A DNA stretch of 64,000 nucleotides from contig OX597818.1 in assembly GCA_951406725.2 (NCBI GenBank), positions 47,244,001 to 47,308,000 of the forward strand. The letters run 5' to 3'. Position numbers and translations under genes: made by a program. Of this stretch, positions 28,661 to 41,858 are shown piece by piece. A model generated the notes under the pieces. That model was not told where the DNA came from and made no database searches. It worked only from the letters and a program-made list of their open reading frames with translations. The stretch's first letter is position 1. Each line of letters begins with the position of its first letter. The stretch is from Octopus vulgaris. Its lineage: Eukaryota.

Positions 28661-28724
28661 TGTATTTACATGCAGCTAAATATGTCACTCTATGACCAGA
28701 CATATTTGACTGCATGTAAATACA
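28661..28724. repeat. Fold-back hairpin, 26-bp arms, between (CA)n runs
   Basis: TGTATTTACATGCAGCTAAATATGTC / GACATATTTGACTGCATGTAAATACA. Confidence 0.85.
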
Positions 28725-29220
28725 CACACACACACACACACAGAAGTTGGATTGCCTTTTAGTGATGAGAAAAAAGCCTCATCTAAAAGACTAATTCTGG
28801 TCAAAAATTTTGATGGGGTTGGGGAATAAATTTAAATTAAAATTGTAATGCAGTGGAAGGTGTCTGGAATTTAGCAATCAAGGGACAACTTCAGGCATGT
28901 TTTGCTTTATTAAATAAACTTCATCAACTATGATAGTTCAACCCAGAGTGCTAGATCTTGGAGGGGACGAGGAATTCGTCTATAACTGTTCTATCAAGTC
29001 TACCGTGTTACTGTTGTTTGTGTGTTTATATTTAAGGAATCTTGTTTCCAAAAGAATCTGTCATCATCACATGTCAGTTTTCCATGCTGGCATGGGTTGG
29101 ATAGCGATAGGATCTCACGAGCCACTGGACTGCATCAGGTTCCTGTATCTGCTTTGGCATAGTTTCTACAGCTAGATGCCAATGTCATTTTTTTTTTTTC
29201 TGACTAGATAATTGTTTTGT

Positions 29221-29515
29221 GGAGGCACAATGGCCCAGTGGTTAGGGCAGCGGTCTCGTGGTCGGAGGATCACAGTTTCGATTCCCAGACCGGGCGTTGT
29301 GTGTTTATTGAGCGAAAACACCTAAAGCTCCACAAGGCTCTGGCAGGGGGTGGTGGCGACCCCTGTTGTACCCTTTCGCCCCAACTTTCTCTCACTCTCT
29401 CTTCCTGTTTCTTGAGTAACGCTGTGATGGACAGGCGTCCTGTCCAGCTGGGGGGAACACATACGCCACAGAAACCGAGAAACCGGGTCCTTGAGCCTGG
29501 CTAGGCTTGAAAAGG
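29221..29515 (+). mobile_element. tRNA-derived SINE family D
   Basis: A-box TGGCCCAGTGG, B-box GTTTCGATTCC; partial reverse copy at 47965-48122. Confidence 0.8.
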
Positions 29516-29638
29516 ACGAAAAAGGAAAGATAATTGTTTTATCCTTTTAGAATTACCCTCTTGAGCTAAATTAATTCTTCCATGGGAAAGTTTCATACCA
29601 TATTCTTCAGGTTTATTTCTGTGACTTTTATAACAATT

Positions 29639-30102
29639 AGGCGTAAGAGTGGCTGTGTGGTAAGTAGCTTGTTTACGAACTACATGGTTCTGGTTCAGTC
29701 CCACAACGTGGCACCTTGGGCAAGTGTCTTCTACTATAGCCTCGGGCCAACCAAAGCCTTGTGAGTGGATTTGCCAGGTAGAAACTGAAAGAAGCCTGAT
29801 GTATGTATGTATATGTGTATGTATGTATATATGTATATATATATATATCTATGTATCTATATATATATATGTATATATATATATATGTGTGTGTGTGTAT
29901 GTTTGTGTGTCTGTTTGTCTCCCCAACATCACTTGACAACCGATGCTGATGTGTTTACGTCCCCATAACTTAGTGGTTCAGCAAAAGAGATCAATAGAAT
30001 AAGTACTCGGCTTACAAAGAATAAGTCCTAGGGTCGATTTGTTTGACTAAAAGGCGGTGCTCCAGCATGGTCACAGTCAAAATGACAAAGAAGTAAAAGA
30101 GT
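29639..30102 (+). mobile_element. SINE family A, full length
   Basis: Head, internal microsatellite and tail all present. Confidence 0.9.
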
Positions 30103-30579
30103 AATATAATTAAACATTGAAACTCTAATACTGTATAACATTTAGATAGTTTTTTTTTATGATTTTTAGCTAATATTCTTGAATTGTTTTCCTGGCACAA
30201 GAACACCGGGAAAACAGCAATATGAACTTTGGCACAAATGAATGGGAAAGTTTTGCTTTCCTTTAGAAGTTTGTTGGCTTTTTAAGTAGTTAATTGTTCT
30301 CATCTCATGAGCACAAGGAGTTTAGGAAACCATCACTTTATAAGCATATAAATAGTTCATATAAGTGAATTATTGTCTTGTAGCGACAGATAAAAAGTGT
30401 ATTTTATTATTAGGAGACAATATGATTGAAAGTGCAGAGGAGGTTGTTATGTTTAAAAAACAGATTTATATTGTTATAAGTCATCTGAATGTATTGTCTA
30501 AGGGTCAAACTGAGAGGCGGAATATAAAAATGAACATCATGTGCTGTGCTTCCTCTATAGTTTCAAGTGAAGGAGTGAG

Positions 30580-30772
30580 CCTGTATGTGGTTGCTTGACC
30601 TACAAGAAATAGCAGTTGAATCTTGTACTATACCCTACTATCTTGAAAGGATGAAAATGGGTAATGTAGCACTAATTGAACAAAACCTAAGATGATGACA
30701 GAGTGGCCATGGCAGGGATGCTTTGATCATAGACTTCCTCACTCAGGGAATACCTGGGGTTAAACAACAACT
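30580..30772 (+). mobile_element. Old interspersed repeat (unclassified)
   Basis: TGACCT(A/G)CAAGAAA.AGCAGT and CCTGGGG(T/C)TAAACAA motifs recur at 225-300, 41865-42030 (reverse) and 62700-62775. Confidence 0.5.
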
Positions 30773-31432
30773 TTGTGGGGGTTTTTTTCTTTCTAGTACT
30801 AAGACTAACAGTCTGCTTTGATATTCATATCTTCGCAATGTGCATTAAAATCCTAATTGAAATAAGTATTTCTACATCGGAATCAAAACTGAATCACTGA
30901 TTTGGTTCACTGACAACGAACTACTGTGCTACTTACTACAGCCAATAATATTGTACAGTTTGTAATATATCCAAGTATTGCTTGAAAAACCAGACTTTTC
31001 CTTCTCTTCGTCTGTTCAAATAATTTCTCATAAAATGGATACATTCTTAATATCCGAAATCAGTTCATATACCTCTGTCTAGGAAATAAATATTTTAATC
31101 AACGCTTCCTTCTCTTCGATAGATCTTTTCCGTTTGCTAAGCAGCAAGGAAACTGAGATGTCAGTATGATCTTGAAAAGGAACAGCTGGAAGCCAAGCCT
31201 AAAAACATAGTGTTTGTTTCAAGTAGCATGTAATTTTCAATCCTGTTAACTTGTGAACTTAAATGATTAATTTCAGTCTAGTGAAATTGGTTTATCAATA
31301 TAAATTTTCTTTGAAAAGAAATTTTACAGATTAAAGTAATAATAATATAATATTGGTAGTCTTAAAGGCAGAAATATAAAGCAAGAACCAAAGCAGACAT
31401 CTTTCTTACAACATTTCGTTCTTTATCTAAAA

Positions 31433-31809
31433 CTAGCACTATTGCCCGGCGTTGCTCGGGTTTGTTTTGACCCTTTAGAATTGGAATTTTTGAAAAGTAA
31501 AAATTTTGCATTATGTAGCTTGTTATTCTCTTTAAGTGAACATTTTTCTGGTTGAAATACACCAAAAAAATAACGACACAGCAGTAAAAAAATCGTAAAA
31601 AATAGGGATTTTCATAGAAAAAAAGCATCTTTTTGATGTAAACAATTTTTGGTGTTAACATGGTCCGATTTGAATTTTAATCTCCTATGGAAGGAAGAGC
31701 AAGCCTTCTTCTATCATACTCTCAATTTTGGTCAACTTGTGCCGCAGGGTCTCAGAGGAGATAGTGTTAGTTGAAGGCTACCAAACCTGCCATACACAGA
31801 CAACTTCAG

Positions 31810-31860
<51 letters not shown>
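31433..31860 (-). mobile_element. Non-autonomous Helitron
   Basis: Minus strand ends CCCGAGCAACGCCGGG hairpin + CAATAGTG + CTAG|T; 5' end TC..TATATATAAAGCTGAAGTTGTCTGTG. Confidence 0.8.
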
Positions 31861-31867
<7 letters not shown>

Positions 31868-32439
31868 TTGTCTTTGGTACTGAGCTACATGTCCCAAATT
31901 TACAGCCAGCTACAAGCAATCAAAATCTGTTTCAGTCATTCCCACTTATCATTGTTGGGGTCATTGACCAATAAATATTTGTTTCAATAGCTTGCAATGT
32001 TAATGATTTATAGACCTAGCCAACCTAACTATTTATGACAAAATATAAGAAAGTGGTAAAGATTATTGTAAGTAGACAGAAACTGGGTGGAAGCTTGGCA
32101 TATTTGTGTGTATGTTTGTTTGTTGTCTTCCACCACTCTTTGACAACCAGTGTTGGTTTGTTTACATCACTGTAATTTAGCAGTTCAGCAAAAGAAACCA
32201 ATAAATTAAGTACCCAATTTAATAAATGAGTACTGGTAATTATTTCCACCCACCCAAGTAGTTATTCCTAGCATCCACCTAAGTGGCAAGTGAGGTATCA
32301 CGACTAAACTAATTTACAAATTTTACTCCACAAATTTTACTCTGTGAGAACATATCAAAGTTTCGTTGAATATTTAACTGCTGTAAAAAAATCTAAAATA
32401 TTGAGAAAACTGAGTGTATATACTGGCCAAGAAAGTAAT

Positions 32440-32822
32440 CCTTTCTATTATAGGCACAAAGCCTGAAATTTTAGGGGAGGGAGCCAGTTGATTAGATCGA
32501 CCCTAGTACGTAACTGGGACTTAATCAACTCCGAAAGGATGAAAAGCAGAGTCGACCTTGGTTGAATTTGAACTCAGAACATAGCAACAGATGAAGTACC
32601 TATTTTCTTTACTACCCACAAGGGGCTAAACACAGAGAGGACAAACGAAATTAAGTCGATTAAATCGACCCCAGTGCGTAACTGGTACTTATTTAATTGA
32701 CCCCGAAAGGATGAAAGGCAAAGTCGACCTCGGCGGAATTTGAACTCAGAACATAATGGCAGACGAAGTACCGCTGAGCATTTCACCCGGCGTGCTAATG
32801 ATTCCGCCAATTTGCTGCCTTA
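32440..32822 (-). mobile_element. SINE family B with internally duplicated core and two different tails
   Basis: The core GATGAAA(G/A)GCA(A/G)AGTCGACCT..AATTTGAACTCAGAACATA occurs twice. Confidence 0.85.
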
Positions 32823-33339
32823 GTGTCTAAGGAAATAATACTACCTCCTTTCTTTGTCTTTTTTACTAAAGTCACAGCAACCTTTGCTCTTCAAAGCTAG
32901 CTGGTTGCATACCTCCTCCAATCAAGCATTCTTTACTGACATCACTCTTCCATATTGTCCCACCCGGCCCCCAGTTTCGTATTTCATACAAACCACAAAG
33001 AATGCTGGTCTTCTTTAATTCCTTGCTTGTTCAGATTTTTCAACTATTTGGGATAACATTAATCTCACTGATCTTGGAGTTCCTTCTTTTAGACCAATAA
33101 ATAAATAAACACATAAAAAAAACTTCTATTGAAAACCGGCTCAGCAACTCCTTTAGCTGAGAAATGTAAGCCTTTGATCAAGTTTCAATTGTTGGTAATG
33201 CAGATATAAATGAAAAATTCCAAGAAAAAAAGTGTGTTCTTTGCTTTTCTAAACATAGGATATTCTCTTTGTAAGAGAGAAGTAATGTTAAGTTAAAATC
33301 CATTCCGTAGATTTCATAAACTATTTGAGTATTACACTT

Positions 33340-33752
33340 ATTTCTTTATTGCCCACAAGGGGCTAAACACGGAGGGGACAAACAAGGACAGACAAAGGAA
33401 TTAAGTTGATTACATCGACCCCAGTGCGTAACTGGTACTTAATTTATCGACACCGAAAGAATGAAAGGCAAAGTCGACCTCGGCAGAATTTGAACTCAGA
33501 ATGTAGCGGCAGACAAAATACCTATTTCTTTACTGCCCACAAGGAGCTACACATAGAGGGGATAAACAAAGACAAACAGAATAAGTCGATTATATCGACC
33601 CCAGTGCGTAACTGGTACTTATTTTAATCAACCCCGAAAGAATGAAAGGCAAAGTCGACCGCGGCAGAATTTGAACTCAGAATGTAGCGGCAGACGAATT
33701 ACCGCTAAGCATTTCACCCGGTGTGCTAACGTTTCTGCCAGCTCGCCACCCT
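33340..33752 (-). mobile_element. SINE family B with two tandem ~185-bp core+tail units
   Basis: 33340-33522 repeats as 33523-33702, followed by a single head. Confidence 0.88.
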
Positions 33753-33991
33753 GATATTACACTTGATAGTCACTTTATTTTATTGGTGACTTTAAAATCA
33801 ACTCTCGGTACCAGATTATTTGGGATTCTTGAGAGTTCTGTCTCCACTTAATGCTATGAAATTAGAGATAAGCTCTGTCATAAGAGCATTTTGGGGTTCT
33901 TGAAGCCACTTAATTTTTTTCACATAGTGTATATGAAAATTTAGTATATTTTTCAAATGCTGCTTTTTCTATTTTCCTGACATCTTTATAG

Positions 33992-34440
33992 GTCTCTCTC
34001 TTTCACCTCCCTCTCTCTTTCACCCTCCCTCTCTCTTTCATCCTCACTCTCTCTTTCATCCTCGCTCTCTCTCTTTCACCCTCCCTCTCTCTCGTTCTTT
34101 CATGCTCCCTCTCTCTCTCTCTTTCATGCTCCCTCTCTCTCTCTTTCATGCTCCCTCTCTTTTTCTTTCATGCTCCCTCTCTCTCTCTTTCATGCTCTCT
34201 CGCTCTCTCTTTCACGCTCCCTCTCTTTCATGCTCCCTCTCTCTCTCTTTCACCCTCCCTCTCTCTCTCGTTCACCCTCCTCTTCTCTCATCATCCCCCC
34301 CACCCTTTCTCTTTCACCCCTCCTCTCCTAGCTTTTGCCCTCTCTTCCTCCCTCTTCTCCCCCTCTCCCTCACCCTCTCCCTCACCCTCTCTTTCTATTT
34401 ATCCATCCTGTCCCCTCTTGTTTTCTGTCTATCTCTCTCT
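33992..34440. repeat. Polypyrimidine minisatellite (~20-bp unit CTCTCTCTTTCA(T/C)(G/C)CTCC) grading into a CT-rich tract
   Basis: Direct reading. Confidence 0.9.
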
Positions 34441-36817
34441 ACAAAATTTAGCTTAGCATCAAGAAAGTTGGAATTTTAAAATTTGTAACTGCATAATACA
34501 TGTTCATTATTACTTAAATTAACGAGCTGGCATTACACCCACACCTACTTATTGAAGCTTACCTGTCTACAATTAATCATATTATAGAATAAAGCATTAA
34601 ATTAAATTACTGTCCTCTTGTGTCATGGTGTAATGTAAATTGAAGTTTTGGCAATTTTATTTGGGTCCCCATTAGTTCTGAGAATGTCTAAGTTAATGTT
34701 GTTAGTTTAAGTTTTCATTTTTCAAACTATTCTTTAACCTTCAAAATTTATTGCTGGCATTCTAACTTTCCCATTCTTCTTGTACATATCTTTCCTTGTC
34801 CAATTCAGTGTACAGAGTTGGAGAGGGGGTCAGGTTACCCCCTGATATACTTGAGTTTAGAGCTGAAAACTTAGCTACTGTCCATAGTTTAATTGGATAC
34901 CAGTCAGTGTTAAGAATCCATTCTTTTATTCCATGAGTGTTTCTGCTGTTTATAAACATTTCTAGTCCTTTTTAAAAAGAAACAAATTCTTGTAATTTAT
35001 ATCCTGAAGAAAGAAATTTAATTAGGATTAATTTGAATAAAAACTTTAATCTCTTTAATTTGTCATTAAATTTAATATTGTTTTGTCTGTTCTGAAAATA
35101 AATGTCAAATAATAACCCTGTAATTATTGTTATTTGTAACTCATTAGATTAGATTATAATCGTATGCAGGAATTCACTAAAATAAATGATATTTTAGTGA
35201 AAGATTAATTAAGAAGATGTCGTTAATTTCAGTTTATTTCTTTCTTGTTGTTGAAGTCTATTTATTTCGTTCCCATTCTTATCAAAATAATAAACCTTTT
35301 CAGAGAAAGAAACGAGAAATTTTTGCAGTATTTTGTGGCTAATCTATTCGTAATGCCAAACCTTGTTAGTTGCATGTAGCCGTGGAACCATGCAAGTTGC
35401 CTGCTGGTATTGATTATGACTCAGCTTCAAGTTGCTCTCTTCAACAAACCTCTTGTAATTTTAACCTAGAAATGGAAATACTTGGAAAAGCTAATTTCTG
35501 ATAGATTTTCTTTTTTTTTTCCCCCCTTTCTCCGCCAGAATCAATTGTTGTATTTAAAGAAATTCATATCTTGTTGGTTTTCTGTTATTTGATGCCATTA
35601 TATAGCGCTGGCGCTGGTGGTAGAACTGTAATGAAGATGTAAATACTTAGAATTAATAGCGACTGCGTTGAATAATATGGAATTTCTGTGAATCTACTTT
35701 CTTTTCTACACTGCATATTTGTATAATTTTGTTGAGGAAACAGCTCACGGGAGGAGTTAGAGATTTAGGTGTAGTTGATTACACAAGGCATTTTGTCATA
35801 CATGGGAAAACTTCAGTTGGGAGGACACTTGACAGTTTAAGAAACTGTGTCAGAAGAAAGCAAAAAAAACAAAAAAAGAACATGAATTAAGAGGAACACT
35901 ATGTAATAATGTAGGGGAATTGTATAACGAAAATAGTTCTTATATATTTCTCTTTTATTTTAGGGTATCCTCAGGCTTTATACTTTTTAATAAATAGTTA
36001 CATGTACTCTAAAAATAATCTCTCTATTCTGCCCCCAACCCTTGTCTCTTGTGTTCCCTTTGTATTTATACAACATTTTTCAACATTACCCCATTTCATG
36101 ATTTCATTGTTTTGTATCTTCATATAATTCTTTTTATCCCCTGGCTTGTCTTTCCTGCTCTCCACTTCTCTCACCCAATCATACAACTGCATTGCACTCT
36201 CTCTGCTTCTGTTGTTACTCTCCTTTTAAACCTTTTTTTAAATTTCTCTTCTTATAATTATCTTTTTCATAGATTATTTTCTACTCATTATTAATTTCAA
36301 TAGATTTATTCCAATTTCACTCTTATTTTAAATTTAAATTCAAAACCAGATAATTTTATCTCTATGAAAAAAAACCCCCAAAAAACAGAAAATTAATCTT
36401 TAGACGTCATTGATATAATTCTCTTGTTCAGGAATGTTAGAGCAGAAAATGTTTAGAATTAATATCTGTAATGAGAATTAATTAAATAAGTTTGGTTCTT
36501 GAGTAAGAAGAAAATATCTTTAGAATTTTAAGTCTTTTACTGTTTCACTTTTATAAAAGAACTTTTTTTTTTTCCAGTTTAGATTTGTGATCATATTTAG
36601 CATTTTTGAAATAAGATCTACCAAAATCTCTCCGGTAGTTACTGATTTTTATAAAGCAAATCTTGTCTTTTTTGTTCCTTTTAATCTACCTACTGTAATC
36701 CATACGCTCCTTTTCAACCTATTAGTGTCATTCTAATTCATATAAATCTTTTCCTTGTTACTGTTTTTCTTCCATGAACTATCACTAAGCAAAATCTCAC
36801 CCACACTAGCTCCTTAA

Positions 36818-37023
36818 CACTTTCAGTACCAGCCTGGCTAAAACCACCTATAAATGTCTTGTCTTCAAAAGTTCTGAATTAAAATCTTTTGTGAAGCCTT
36901 AGTCACAATGTATGTGCCTCACACTAGCTTAATAATAACTAAGTTATTTTACTAAATTCTTTGTTATATCTAAAATTAATTGAAAGAAACACAGAGCATC
37001 TCAAAAGAAATATAACAAAAGGG
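36818..37023. mobile_element. piggyBac-like MITE, family 1
   Basis: TTAA|CACTTTCAGTACC ... ATAACAAAAGGG|TTAA; reverse-complement homologue of 8942-9161. Confidence 0.75.
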
Positions 37024-37197
37024 TTAATATGACATTTTTGTATGTCCTGTCTCACTCATCCGAATATCTACTCTACAAAGCTGTTGTAAATGTTTTTTTT
37101 AACTCAGTTATGATTTAAAATTCAAGGACTTTATTATTTAAACTACACACACAGTTACAGAGAAATAGTTTTGAAGTGTTGGAATAGTGTTAAATAT

Positions 37198-37566
37198 TTA
37201 CTCTTTTACTTGTTTGTCATTTGACTGTGGCCATGCTGGAGCACCGCCTTTAGTCGAGCAAATCGACCCCAGGACTTATTCTTTGTAAGCCTAGTACTTA
37301 TTCCATCGGTCTCTTTTGCCGAACCGCTAAGTTACTGGGATGTAAACACACCGGCATCAGTTGTCAAGCGATGTTGGGGAGGACAAACATATACATACAC
37401 ACACACACACATATATATGCATATATATGATGGGCTTCTTTCAGTTTCTACCCACCAAATCCACTCACAAGGCTTTGGTCGGCCCGAGGCTATAGTAGAA
37501 GATACTTGCCCAAAGTGCCAGAACCATGTGGTTGGTAAGCAAGCAACTTACCACACAGCCACTCCT
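37198..37566 (-). mobile_element. SINE family A
   Basis: Co-linear with other A copies. Confidence 0.9.
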
Positions 37567-38159
37567 ATATTGTATATGAGATAGTGAGGGCAACAATAGT
37601 CTGTATGTGTGAAAACTTTAAGGTCACAGATCGTTTCTAGTGAACAAGCAATCTGCACAAGCATTCCCAAGATAGCAAAGTCTGCCCCTGCTAACACTGA
37701 CCTTTCTTTTGAGGGCCAGAACAATACTTCAGCTCCTAGCAACTATTAATTTTGTACAAAGCTCAGGTGAAACCTATACTGGAGTATTGCACCCCACATT
37801 TGAGACAATCCTTCTATACACACACACACACACACACATCCTAGACAAATGTCAAACAAAGGCCACTTCCCTGGTTACCAGTGCTACTCCAGCTGCTGGT
37901 CCAATGACAGCCTGTCTTATTTGTCTGTCATTTTTTTTGTACCTCCACTATTATTACTACTACTACTACTACAGTGACCTATGTCTTTCACAGTTGGTAA
38001 CCTCAAGCACTCTCAGTTCACTCCTCATCTATATTGTGTTGCCTTGCCACCCCCACCCCCCGCTTTCCCAGCCTCACTCTAACCAATACTTTTTCCTCAG
38101 AATGATATCCTTTTGGAACTTCCTTTCTGCAGATGCCTTTCCCTTCCCTGAAATTGTTT

Positions 38160-38405
38160 ACGACTGTGGCCATGCTGGAGCACTGCCTTTAACTGAGCAA
38201 ATCGACCCCAGGACTTATTGATGTTGGGGGAACAAACACAGACACACAAACATACATATATATATATATAAATATATACGATGGGCTTCTTTCAGTTTCC
38301 GTCTACGAAATCCGCTCACAAGGCTCTGGTCGGCCCGAGGCTATAGTAGAAGACACTTGCCCAAGGTGCCACACAGTGGGACTGAACCCAGGGCCATGAG
38401 GTTGC
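38160..38405 (-). mobile_element. SINE family A, internally deleted
   Basis: Tail joined directly to GATGTTGGGGGAACAAAC. Confidence 0.85.
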
Positions 38406-38524
38406 AAGGAATTTTAACCATATTGATCTTGTCTTGGAGAACCTGTGAAGTTAGAGCAAAGTCCCTTTAGAAACAAAGTAAATGTGCATCTTGGTTATAG
38501 GTTTAGATGACAGAAAATGTTAGG

Positions 38525-38725
38525 CTGCAAACTGGCGGAAATGTTAGCATGCCGGGCGAAATGCTTTGTGGTATTTCATTTGCCGGTATGTTCTGAGTTC
38601 AAATTCCGCTGAGGTTGACTTTGCCTTTCATCCTTTCGGGGTTGATTAAATAAGTACCAGGTTGATATAATTGACTTACCCCATCTCCTGAACTTACTGG
38701 CCTTATGCCAAAATTTGAAACCAAT
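38525..38725 (+). mobile_element. SINE family B
   Basis: CTGGCGGAAATGTTAGCATGCCGGGCGAAATGC head and core. Confidence 0.8.
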
Positions 38726-39071
38726 TTTTGTATACTTTATCCAAATAAAGAAAAACTTGGTGCTTTTGTTGGTGATGTGTGTATTTACATTACCAAGCAT
38801 ATGAAGGAAGTGTGATAAGATGAACTGTGTGTGTTTCATATGAGTAAGAGAATTAGTAATGTAATGTTGTTTCTTTAAGATATGGTCTATCTGTATTATC
38901 TGCATGAACTAGAATGCTGTTTCAAAACCATCAACATTTATGAAATATTTTCCCCTTTGATTCAAATTTGGGGTTGAAATATTTCTTGCTAATTTTTAAG
39001 TTAAAGGCTTTTAAAATCTTAAAAGCTGAGATTTCATCTCCGAGAATTTATGGTTAAGAAGCTTGCTTTGC

Positions 39072-39504
39072 TTATTTCAATGAAAACCAAACCACAGAAT
39101 TTTTCTTAACTATGAGCAATTAATCAGCAAGTTAGTAGAACAGAGAATACAATTGGCCAATAAAAACTAATTGCTTTCTCCATGAGAAGGCAGCAGCAAG
39201 CAGTGTAGTACAACTGCTGTCCTATGTATTTATCATGATAAATAATATTTCATTATCTGAAATCACTAACAAAATAAAAAAGGATTGAGATATATATCTT
39301 TTTTACTTGTTTCAGTCAATGGACTGTGACCATGCTGGGGCAGGCTCTTGAAGGTTTTAGTGAAACAAATCACCCTCCGTATTTATTTTTTAAGCCTGGT
39401 ATTCAATCAGTGTCTTTTGCTGAAGCACCAAGTTATCTGGATGTAAACAAACCAACACCAGTTGTCAAACAGTGGTTGGGAGACAAATACTCACACACAC
39501 ACAC

Positions 39505-39536
<32 letters not shown>

Positions 39537-39941
39537 ACACGAGATGGCTATAACAGGACATCTGACTTGTTAGAAAGAGTAGTTAAACTACAAACCACTA
39601 AGAGTTTAACTACTCTTTCTAGCGAGTCAGATGTCCTGTTATGGCCATCTCATGTGTTTATATGAATAATATATAGTCTATTGATTAGTTTTCTTCTCAC
39701 TAGACCACTGGTAGCAAAGGATTTTTCTAAAATTTTTTTTGTTGCCCTAAGATTTTAAAAATGTGACTGTGTACTGTTCCCCCCCCCCCGTCTTCCCTTC
39801 TCTGGATCTTTCCTTTTCTTGTGTTTCTGATGAAGAGCTCCACTCAAAACGTTAAACCCTCCTTCTTCCCTTCCTTACTGAGCATCCAATAATACTATAT
39901 TTGTTTCACATCCTCGTGTTGTTGTGTTTTCATATTTGGAT

Positions 39942-39999
<58 letters not shown>

Positions 40000-40310
40000 A
40001 CAGGATTCTTTCAGTTTCCATCTACCAAATCCTTCAAAGGGTTTTGGTTAGCATGGCTGTATGGTAAGAAGCTTGCTCCACTGCCACATGGTTTCAGGCT
40101 AAGTCCCACAGTATGGCACTGTAGAGAAGTGTCTGCTATAGCCTCAGGCTGACCAAAATCTTGTGAGTGGATTTGGTTGATGCAAACTGAAAGAAATCCT
40201 TCACATGTATATATGTGTGTGTTTGTGTTACCACCACTACCACTTGTTAATCAGTGTTGGTTTGTTTACATCCCCATAACTTAGCAGTTCAGCAAAAGAG
40301 ACAAATACAT
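39072..40310 (+). repeat. Inverted segmental duplication, copy 1
   Basis: Reverse complement of 58920-59963, including ~220 bp of non-repeat sequence; carries an extra insertion at 39757-39946. Confidence 0.92.
39757..39946 (+). mobile_element. Penelope-like terminal fragment with degenerate hammerhead motif
   Basis: GTTT-CTGATGA-AGAGCTCCACTC-AAAA-CGTT-AAAC at 39823-39857 (GAAA altered to AAAA); ends in (TA)n. Confidence 0.55.
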
Positions 40311-41099
40311 TAAGTACCACATTTGAAAAATTAGTACTACTGTTGATTAGTTTGACTAAACCCTTCGAGGTGATGCTGCAGCATGGCCGTAGTCCAATGA
40401 CTAGAACGAGTAAAAGAGAAAGATAAATAAAGAATAGGTTATAATAAATTGAGAACCTTATTAATGTGGCACATCTTTCGGAAATTGGTGGATGTCATTG
40501 ACCTTTCTGATAAAGTAGTCTATTAATACTTCTGTAATAACAAACAGTTAAGTATAGTCTATTCTTTACATATGAATTTTAAGTGACATTTACTGAGTTT
40601 CATAACTAATTGGACCATAACACTACCACCTGAATACTTTGCATGTAGGTGGAGCCCATCTGTCGACACAGGATCTGTTTAATTCAGTGCAGTGGTTTTA
40701 TACAAGGCAGCAAGCTAGCAGGATTCTTGGCACAGCTGACAAAATGTTTAGAGGTTATTTTCTTTGGCTTTATATTATAAGTTCAAATTCTACCATGATC
40801 AACTGCCTCTCATTCTTTTGAGGGTGATAAAATAAGTACCAGTTGGGCACTGGGGTCAATGTACTCGACTAGCACTTTTTCCACAAAGCTTTACAGTTTG
40901 ATCACTGCTTATTGTATTGTTCTTACTCTATAGTATGTAATTACAATTAGGTAGACTTGGCGATTTGAGTGATGGGTTTTGGACAAATACATAAATCAGT
41001 GACGTTGACTTTCGTAGGTTGCAGGCTCAAAGTAGTAGTTTAAGTATGATATATTCCTGGGATTAAGGAATGGATCAAAGTATTTAGTGTAAGGATTTG

Positions 41100-41385
41100 A
41101 GTAACTGGCTCTCCATCGGTTATGACAAAGTGTGTTCCAGCTGATCTGATCAACTGGACAGCCTGCTTATGAAATTAACATGCAAGTGGCTAAGTACTTC
41201 AGTCATGCAACAAGGCTGGCCCTTTGAAATACAGGTAGAACTCATTTTTGCCAGCCAAGTGGAAGTGGACTGGAGCAACCTGAAATAAAGTGTCTTGCTC
41301 AAGGACACAACACGCTGCTAGGTATCAAACTCATGACATTATGATTGTGAGCTGAATATGCTAACCACTAGGTCGTGTACCTTCT
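41100..41385 (-). mobile_element. tRNA-derived SINE, family E-like core
   Basis: CTCATTTTTGCCAGC..GACTGGAGCAAC.TGAAATAAAGTGTCTTGCTCAAGGACACAAC is the reverse of the 27440-27505 core. Confidence 0.7.
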
Positions 41386-41491
41386 CGATTGAAGTATGAT
41401 GAATAGGGTTGATTAGAGGACAGTTGGGTACATCAGGTGTACTTTAACAGAGGTTGTTAAGCTAGTCAGGTGTATGAAAGATTTTATTCTT

Positions 41492-41858
41492 TTATTTGTT
41501 TGTCATTTGACTGTGGCCATGCTGGAGCACTGCCTTTAGTCGAGCAAATCGACCCCAGGACTTATTCTTTGTAAGCCCAGTACTTATTCTATCAGTGTCT
41601 CTTACCGAACCACTAAGTGACAGGGACGTACACACACTAGCATCGGTTGTCAAGTGATGTTGGGGGACAAACACATACACACACACACATATAAGCAACG
41701 GGCTTCTTACAGTTTCCATCTCCCAAATCCACTCACAAGGCTTTGGTCGGCCCAAGGCTATAGTAGAAGACACTTGCCCAAGGTGCTATGTCCTGGGACT
41801 GAACCTGGAACCATGTGGTTAGTAAGCAAGCTACTTACCACACAGCCACTCCTACGTC
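41492..41858 (-). mobile_element. SINE family A
   Basis: Co-linear with other A copies. Confidence 0.9.

Noticed and set aside
29221-29295. tRNA gene (also other SINE heads and 52661-52727)
   Set aside because: A/B boxes are present, but cloverleaf pairing is poor and the sequences continue into SINE bodies.
37709-38221. 170-aa ORF
   Set aside because: Runs through (CA)n, (TAC)n and a SINE tail; composition is not protein-like.
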